Shown here: positions 59,172-64,000 of the stretch, piece after piece | Numbering within the stretch: the stretch's first letter is position 1 | Layout of the letters: each line of letters opens with the position of its first letter | Assembly: GCA_040905045.1 (NCBI GenBank) | Contig: JBBDSH010000096.1 | Span: 4,927-68,926 of the forward strand | DNA: 64,000 nucleotides | Source: Gammaproteobacteria bacterium | Lineage (GTDB): Bacteria > Pseudomonadota > Gammaproteobacteria > Eutrophobiales > Eutrophobiaceae | Reading direction: 5' to 3' | Position numbers and translations under genes: made by a program | Notes under the pieces: model-generated | What the model was told of the DNA's origin: nothing | What the model saw: the letters and a program-made list of their open reading frames with translations, nothing else | Database searches by the model: none

Positions 59172-59216
59172 CAACGATAGCTGTATTGGAATTCGGAACA
59201 GCTATATAGGCCTATC

Positions 59217-59250
59217 CCGGATTCCGGCCGATGGCCTGCATCCGGGCTAC
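59217..59250. repeat. REP-like element, family A (reverse orientation)
   Basis: cccggattccggccgatggcctgcatccgggctac. Confidence 0.8.
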
Positions 59251-59278
59251 GGACTCCTCACTTCTTACTCCTTACCCC

Positions 59279-60109
59279 TCACTGCTTCTCAGCCACAATA
59301 TACGCAATCCAGCCGGCGTCGGCCTCGCCCTCGGTGGCCGGTGTGAATACGCCGTCGCCCTCGCCGTCCTCGTCCGTGCCTTCCCAGTAGATGGTGGGTT
59401 TGAAACCGCTCTCCAGCAATATTTCCTGGATTTCCGGCAGGGTCCAGAGACGCCATTCATAACTGAAGGCACGCTTCATTTTCGAGCCGTCCTTGAACTT
59501 GAAATGTATATGACAGATACATTCACCCGTGATGGGGTTGTACTTGGACTGGTCCCATATATAGGTAAAACCGTTATAGCGGGTGCTCTCCTCCATTTCC
59601 TGAAAGGCTTCATAGCCGCCGAAGGCGTCCAGGAAGAAGATGCCGTCCTCCACCAGCCCGGCATGGATTTTTTCAAAGTATTCCTTCATGCGTTCGCGGG
59701 TCTTGAACATCCAGTAACTGAAGTTCATGGCGAGCACGATATCCACCGGTTCCGGTCTTGCGTTCATGACATCGTCGTTGATGACGTGAATGCGTTCGGC
59801 GGCACCGTTTTCCAGTTTCTCCACCTTGTTTTCCCTGCCCCATTGCAGGACTTCCTCGTCGATATCGACGCCGTAGGCGATGTTATCGGGACGGCGTCGC
59901 ACCCACTCACAGGAGGTATTCATGGTGCCGCAGAAATCCTCCCGTAATGTACGCGGTACCCGGTTTCTCAGCTTCTGGAAGGTATCGTCGACGAAGTCGA
60001 TCTCCGACTCAACGCATTGCACGGCGTCTTCATAGAGACTGTGCCTGTCGGCTGTCTCCGCCATGGTGAGTCCGTTGCCGGTTTTATGTTTCTTTTTTTC
60101 TTTGGACAT
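59279..60109 (-). CDS. class I SAM-dependent methyltransferase-like protein
   Basis: 'DFCGTMNTSCEW' and 'VDIVLAMNFSYW' Rossmann-type methyltransferase motifs; acidic C-terminal tail. Confidence 0.5.
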   Translation of the reverse strand: MSKEKKKHKTGNGLTMAETADRHSLYEDAVQCVESEIDFVDDTFQKLRNRVPRTLREDFCGTMNTSCEWVRRRPDNIAYGVDIDEEVLQWGRENKVEKLENGAAERIHVINDDVMNARPEPVDIVLAMNFSYWMFKTRERMKEYFEKIHAGLVEDGIFFLDAFGGYEAFQEMEESTRYNGFTYIWDQSKYNPITGECICHIHFKFKDGSKMKRAFSYEWRLWTLPEIQEILLESGFKPTIYWEGTDEDGEGDGVFTPATEGEADAGWIAYIVAEKQ

Positions 60110-60234
60110 GGTGGCTATTTGAACAGTCTGATAAATTTCAGGCGGCGTAGTATAACGCGTTATACGTTTCTTGTGTGACGGATTAGTGACAATTTACAAT
60201 CGGCGGGCGATTTCAGACAGAGAAGCGGAAGACA

Positions 60235-60684
60235 TCAGTGCCGCAGTCGTTTCTGTTTCTCCTCATCTTCCCAGTATTCGCCTTCCACGATAACCTCACC
60301 GTCATCGTTGCGCCGCTGGTAGTACACAATCTGATGAAGCAGGAACTTGCCCGCCAGATATTCCCGCAGGCCGGGTATGAGACAGAGGAAACCGATGATG
60401 TCGGTGAAGAAGCCGGGTGTCAGCAGCAACACGCCGGAGACCAGCAGTATCAAACCGGCCAGCATGTCCAGCGCCGGGATTTCGCCCTGGTCCAGTTTCA
60501 TGCGCGCCCGCGCCAGCGTCTGGATGCCCTGATGGCGGAGCAGCGCCGCGCCCAGGGCGGCGGTAAAGACACACAGCACGATGGTGGGCAGGGCGCCGAT
60601 GATCGAACCCACCTTGACCAGGATATAGATCTCCAGCAGGGGGACGGTCAGAAACAGTATGAACAGGATCTTGAAGACAGGCAC
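60235..60684 (-). CDS. fxsA: FxsA family membrane protein
   Basis: 'PLLEIYILVKVGSIIGALPTIVLCVFTAALGAALLR' and 'GLILLVSGVLLLTPGFFTDIIGFLCLIP'. Confidence 0.7.
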   Translation of the reverse strand: MPVFKILFILFLTVPLLEIYILVKVGSIIGALPTIVLCVFTAALGAALLRHQGIQTLARARMKLDQGEIPALDMLAGLILLVSGVLLLTPGFFTDIIGFLCLIPGLREYLAGKFLLHQIVYYQRRNDDGEVIVEGEYWEDEEKQKRLRH

Positions 60685-60780
60685 GGTAATTCGGCCCCGG
60701 GCTTTATGAATGATGGCTAATTGTCTAATGTATTGGCAGAATAACAGTTTTCAAGCCTTGAATGAAAAAGAGTTGTCACT

Positions 60781-61110
60781 ATGGATGAACAGACTGAACA
60801 CCTGCTGGTTATCAATACCTGCCCGGGTTCCATTACAGCAAAGAATATCGCCAATCAGCTGGTTGCCGATAATCTGGTTGCCTGTATCCAGGTCATGCCG
60901 GGTGTGCAGTCCTATTTCCGCTGGGCCGGAAAGGTCGAAGTCGCCGACGAACACCTGTTGTTTATCAAGACCACGGCGCAGCGTTACTCCGAAGTGGAAA
61001 AAGTCATTCTCTCCCTGCACCCCTATGAACTTCCCGAGATTATTACGGTCCCTATTACCGGCGGTTTGAGCGGCTACCTGTCTTGGATAACCGAAACGAC
61101 ACAGTCCTGA
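60781..61110 (+). CDS. cutA: divalent-cation tolerance protein CutA
   Basis: 109 aa; 'LVACIQVMPGVQSYFRWAGKVEVADEHLLFIKT' CutA1 fold. Confidence 0.8.
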   Translation: MDEQTEHLLVINTCPGSITAKNIANQLVADNLVACIQVMPGVQSYFRWAGKVEVADEHLLFIKTTAQRYSEVEKVILSLHPYELPEIITVPITGGLSGYLSWITETTQS

Positions 61111-61622
61111 AACAACTCACGGCCCGGTTCCTTCTGATCGGCCTGTTCGTGGCGGCAGTCCCGGCACAGGGCGGTGACAGTTTCGGTGAGCGATTGCGAA
61201 ACCTGTTCCAGGGTGAAGCGCAATCCTCCGCCGGGGAGGAGTTCCTGCCGGCGGATGAGGCGTTTCGTTTCAGCGCCTCCGTCGTCGGCCCCGACCGTGT
61301 CGACCTTATGTGGCGGATCGCCGACGGCTATTATCTTTACCGGGACAAATTCCGTTTCCGTATCATTCAGGGTGATGCCGGTATCGACACGGCTTCGATT
61401 GACATCCCCCACGGCACGGTCAAGTCGGATGAGGTGTTCGGTGACGTGGAAGTGAATACCGGCGAGGTGACGGTCACTGTCCCGATCCATCGCTGCCACG
61501 GCCGGTCCGATGAGGCCATCGTGCTGCAGGTTGGCTACCAGGGATGCAAGGAAGACGCCATCTGTTATCCACCGGTCAGCCGGGACGTGCCCATGATCCT
61601 GACGGGCGGTACGGGGGAGTAA
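61083..61622 (+). CDS. DsbD N-terminal (alpha) domain-containing periplasmic protein
   Basis: signal peptide; 'FRFSASVVGPDRVDLMWRIADGYYLYRDKFRF' and 'CHGRSDEAIVLQVGYQGCKEDAICYPP' match the nDsbD Cys pair region. Confidence 0.6.
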   Translation: MDNRNDTVLKQLTARFLLIGLFVAAVPAQGGDSFGERLRNLFQGEAQSSAGEEFLPADEAFRFSASVVGPDRVDLMWRIADGYYLYRDKFRFRIIQGDAGIDTASIDIPHGTVKSDEVFGDVEVNTGEVTVTVPIHRCHGRSDEAIVLQVGYQGCKEDAICYPPVSRDVPMILTGGTGE

Positions 61623-61626
61623 TGTC

Positions 61627-62220
61627 GTGAAACCCGCCGTACTCAAGCCGTTTGGCCTGATCTGTCTGCTGGCGATCTCCGCCGGCGCCGGCTTTTACCT
61701 TTACCAGCAAGACAGCGGTAATCCGCGGCCGAACGCCGATGCCGCGGACGGCGAACGTCCTCCGGAAGCAACGCAGGAGGCAGCCACGCCGGACAGTGTT
61801 ATCGGCGCCCGCAGGCCGGATTTCAGCCTGCCGGATCTGGAGGGCAGGGAACGGCATATCAGCGAATGGGACGGCAATGTGCTGGTGATCAATTTCTGGG
61901 CGACCTGGTGCCCGCCGTGTCTCAAGGAGATCCCGGAGTTTGTCGAGTTGCAGTCCGAATACGGCGATCAGGGGCTGCAATTTGTCGGTATCGCCTTGCA
62001 GGATCCTTCAGATGTGGTTGATTTTGCCCGTAAACATGGTATGAATTACCCCAACCTGGTGGGCGAGTTGCCGGTCATTCGCATCGCCGAGGCCTATGGC
62101 AACAACACCGGCGCCCTGCCCTATACGACGGTGGTGGACAGGCAGGGGACCGTCGTGTTTGTCAGGCAGGGTCCCATGCGGGGCCCCGAGGTTGAGGCTG
62201 TCATCGAACCCCTGTTGTGA
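61627..62220 (+). CDS. TlpA/ResA-like membrane-anchored thioredoxin-fold thiol:disulfide oxidoreductase
   Basis: N-terminal TM; 'INFWATWCPPCLKEIPEF' CxxC. Confidence 0.7.
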   Translation: MKPAVLKPFGLICLLAISAGAGFYLYQQDSGNPRPNADAADGERPPEATQEAATPDSVIGARRPDFSLPDLEGRERHISEWDGNVLVINFWATWCPPCLKEIPEFVELQSEYGDQGLQFVGIALQDPSDVVDFARKHGMNYPNLVGELPVIRIAEAYGNNTGALPYTTVVDRQGTVVFVRQGPMRGPEVEAVIEPLL

Positions 62221-62330
62221 CCGCCTGATCTCGCCGGAATCAATATCATTTCGTATTTGCGGCAAACTTCTGCTATTCTGGTTCCATCGTCTGCGATTTG
62301 CAGAAAACAATAATTCTACGCGGGGATCCC

Positions 62331-62771
62331 ATGGTCACCATTCTGGTCTTGCACGGACCGAACCTGAATCTGTTGGGAAAACGAGAACCCGAGGTTTACG
62401 GGTCCACCACTCTGGACGAGATCAATACGACCCTGACCGATGAGGCGGCGAGTCTGGCCCTGGACGTGGAAATGTTCCAGAGCAATGCCGAGCACGAGCT
62501 CATTGATCGCATCCATCGGGGCAAGGAGCAGGGCGTGGATTACATTATTATCAATCCCGGCGCCTTTACCCATACCAGCATCGCCCTGCGGGACGCCCTG
62601 CTGGGCGTAGCCATTCCGTTTATCGAAGTGCATCTTTCCAATGTTTTCGCGCGCGAATCATTCCGCCGGCATTCCTATCTGTCCGATGTGGCGGCCGGGG
62701 TAATCAGCGGTCTCGGCGCCCGGGGCTACCTGTTTGCCTTGCAGGCGGCGCAGCAGAATTTACAAAAGTAA
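62331..62771 (+). CDS. aroQ: type II 3-dehydroquinate dehydratase
   Basis: '[21 protein letters not shown]', '[11 protein letters not shown]' and 'EVHLSNV' motifs. Confidence 0.85.
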   Translation: MVTILVLHGPNLNLLGKREPEVYGSTTLDEINTTLTDEAASLALDVEMFQSNAEHELIDRIHRGKEQGVDYIIINPGAFTHTSIALRDALLGVAIPFIEVHLSNVFARESFRRHSYLSDVAAGVISGLGARGYLFALQAAQQNLQK

Positions 62772-62796
62772 TAATAACCCGACACAGGATTTTCAA

Positions 62797-63258
62797 GTGG
62801 ATATACGCAAGGTAAAAAAGCTTATCGAGCTTCTCGAAGAATCACAGATAGGTGAAATCGAAATCCATGAAGGGGAGGAATCCGTCCGCATCAGCCGGCA
62901 GGGTACCTCCGGCATGCCCGTTCAGACACAGATCCATGTGCCGGATACCGCGGGCAATTATCCTCGCAGCCCGGACGCGCACGCCTCACCGGATGAAACG
63001 GAAGAAGAGGAACTGGAAGGGCACCGGATTTGCGCACCCATGGTCGGTTTGTTTTATGAGGCGCCCTCCCCCGGCAAGCCTCCCTTCGTCGAGATCGGCC
63101 AGGAGATCAAGAAAGGCGACGTGGTTTGCATCATCGAAGCCATGAAGATCATGAACCACATCGAATCCGAGGTCAGCGGGGTCGTCACTAAAATCCTTGT
63201 GGAGAACGGCGAGCCGGTTGAATACGGACAACCGCTTTTCCTGGTCAAGGAATCATAA
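62797..63258 (+). CDS. accB: acetyl-CoA carboxylase biotin carboxyl carrier protein
   Basis: GTG start; 'DIRKVKKLIELLEESQIGEIEIHEGEESVRISR'; biotinyl 'EAMKIMNHIE'. Confidence 0.85.
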   Translation: MDIRKVKKLIELLEESQIGEIEIHEGEESVRISRQGTSGMPVQTQIHVPDTAGNYPRSPDAHASPDETEEEELEGHRICAPMVGLFYEAPSPGKPPFVEIGQEIKKGDVVCIIEAMKIMNHIESEVSGVVTKILVENGEPVEYGQPLFLVKES

Positions 63259-63336
63259 CCATAACGGGTTGTTTGCATCGGCGCCGGCCGTTGCATAAGT
63301 TCCCTTCTTTAACCGGACCGAACCAATCGAGAAATC

Positions 63337-64000
63337 ATGCTTGAAAAAGTCGTTATAGCCAATCGCGGTGAAATCGCCCTGCGCATACTGCGGGCCTGCC
63401 GGGAACTGGGCATCCGCACCGTGGCGGTTTTTTCGGAAGTCGATCGGGAGCAGAAACATGTATTGCTGGCCGACGAAGCGGTCTGCATCGGACCGGCGGT
63501 TTCCTCGGGAAGTTATCTGAATATCCCGGCACTGATCAGCGCCGCGGAAGTCACCGATGCTGTTGCCATTCATCCCGGCTACGGTTTTCTCGCGGAAAAC
63601 GCCGATTTCGCCGAACGGGTGGAGGAAAGCGGTTTTATCTTTATCGGACCCCGTGCCGAAACCATCCGCCTCATGGGCAGCAAGATCTCCGCCATTCAGG
63701 CCATGCTGGACGCGGGTATTTCCTGTGTGCCGGGTTCCGGCGGGCCGCTGGGTGAGGATATGAACGAGGTGGCCCGTATCGCCCGCGATATCGGTTATCC
63801 GGTCATCATCAAGGCGGCGGCCGGCGGCGGCGGCCGCGGCATGCGCGTGGTCTATAGCGAAGCTTCGCTGCGCAATGCCGTGTCGTTGACACGTTCCGAG
63901 GCGGCCGCGACGTTCGGTGACGAAACCATCTACATGGAAAAGTACCTGGAACATCCGCGGCATATCGAGGTACAGGTGCTTGCCGACAACCATGGCAATG
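63337..64000 (+). CDS. accC: acetyl-CoA carboxylase biotin carboxylase subunit (5' partial, runs off the window)
   Basis: '[31 protein letters not shown]...' canonical AccC N-terminus; no stop before the window end. Confidence 0.85.
   Translation, partial: MLEKVVIANRGEIALRILRACRELGIRTVAVFSEVDREQKHVLLADEAVCIGPAVSSGSYLNIPALISAAEVTDAVAIHPGYGFLAENADFAERVEESGFIFIGPRAETIRLMGSKISAIQAMLDAGISCVPGSGGPLGEDMNEVARIARDIGYPVIIKAAAGGGGRGMRVVYSEASLRNAVSLTRSEAAATFGDETIYMEKYLEHPRHIEVQVLADNHGN

Noticed and set aside
63253-63993. 246-aa minus-strand ORF
   Set aside because: Antisense to the partial accC gene, whose canonical N-terminus is unambiguous on the plus strand.
1-64000. Prophage or integrative element
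   Set aside because: No integrase, recombinase, transposase, capsid or terminase genes. The accessory island is made of small modules and repeats only.

Overview
This 64-kb window is a high-GC (about 60%) chromosomal segment, probably from a gammaproteobacterium. Conserved housekeeping operons are interleaved with accessory modules and an unusually dense set of intergenic repeats.

Recognisable core genes:
- Methionine synthesis: metR, divergent from metF, which overlaps metH by one nucleotide.
- Other housekeeping: prmB, aroC, tldD, comEA, cutA, aroQ, accB and a partial accC.
- A complete phosphate (Pho) regulon supercluster: OprO/P-type porin, phoBR, pstSCAB-phoU, ppk and ppx. It carries readable Pho boxes and a pstS terminator.

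Accessory content:
- A sulfotransferase-rich cluster at the left edge: two tandem TPR-sulfotransferase fusions, an Asp/Asn beta-hydroxylase-family gene and a NodH-like sulfotransferase.
- A periplasmic redox cluster: two PQQ-dehydrogenase paralogs (one with an N-terminal cytochrome c domain), a TAT-exported sulfite-oxidase-family molybdoenzyme, a cytochrome c and an atypical two-domain-sized multicopper oxidase.
- A roughly 4-kb island between a GGDEF-EAL gene and tldD. It holds a low-GC two-gene module of unknown function, a PA2778-family cysteine peptidase / PA2779-family pair bracketed by about 225-bp direct repeats, and a hicBA toxin-antitoxin pair.

At least six families of REP/MITE-like intergenic repeats recur through the window. 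There are also three heptanucleotide tandem-repeat tracts and a single 270-bp element with 18-bp terminal inverted repeats.

No CRISPR array, tRNA, rRNA, integrase or prophage genes were recognised. Coding-region start coordinates are approximate to within alternative start codons.
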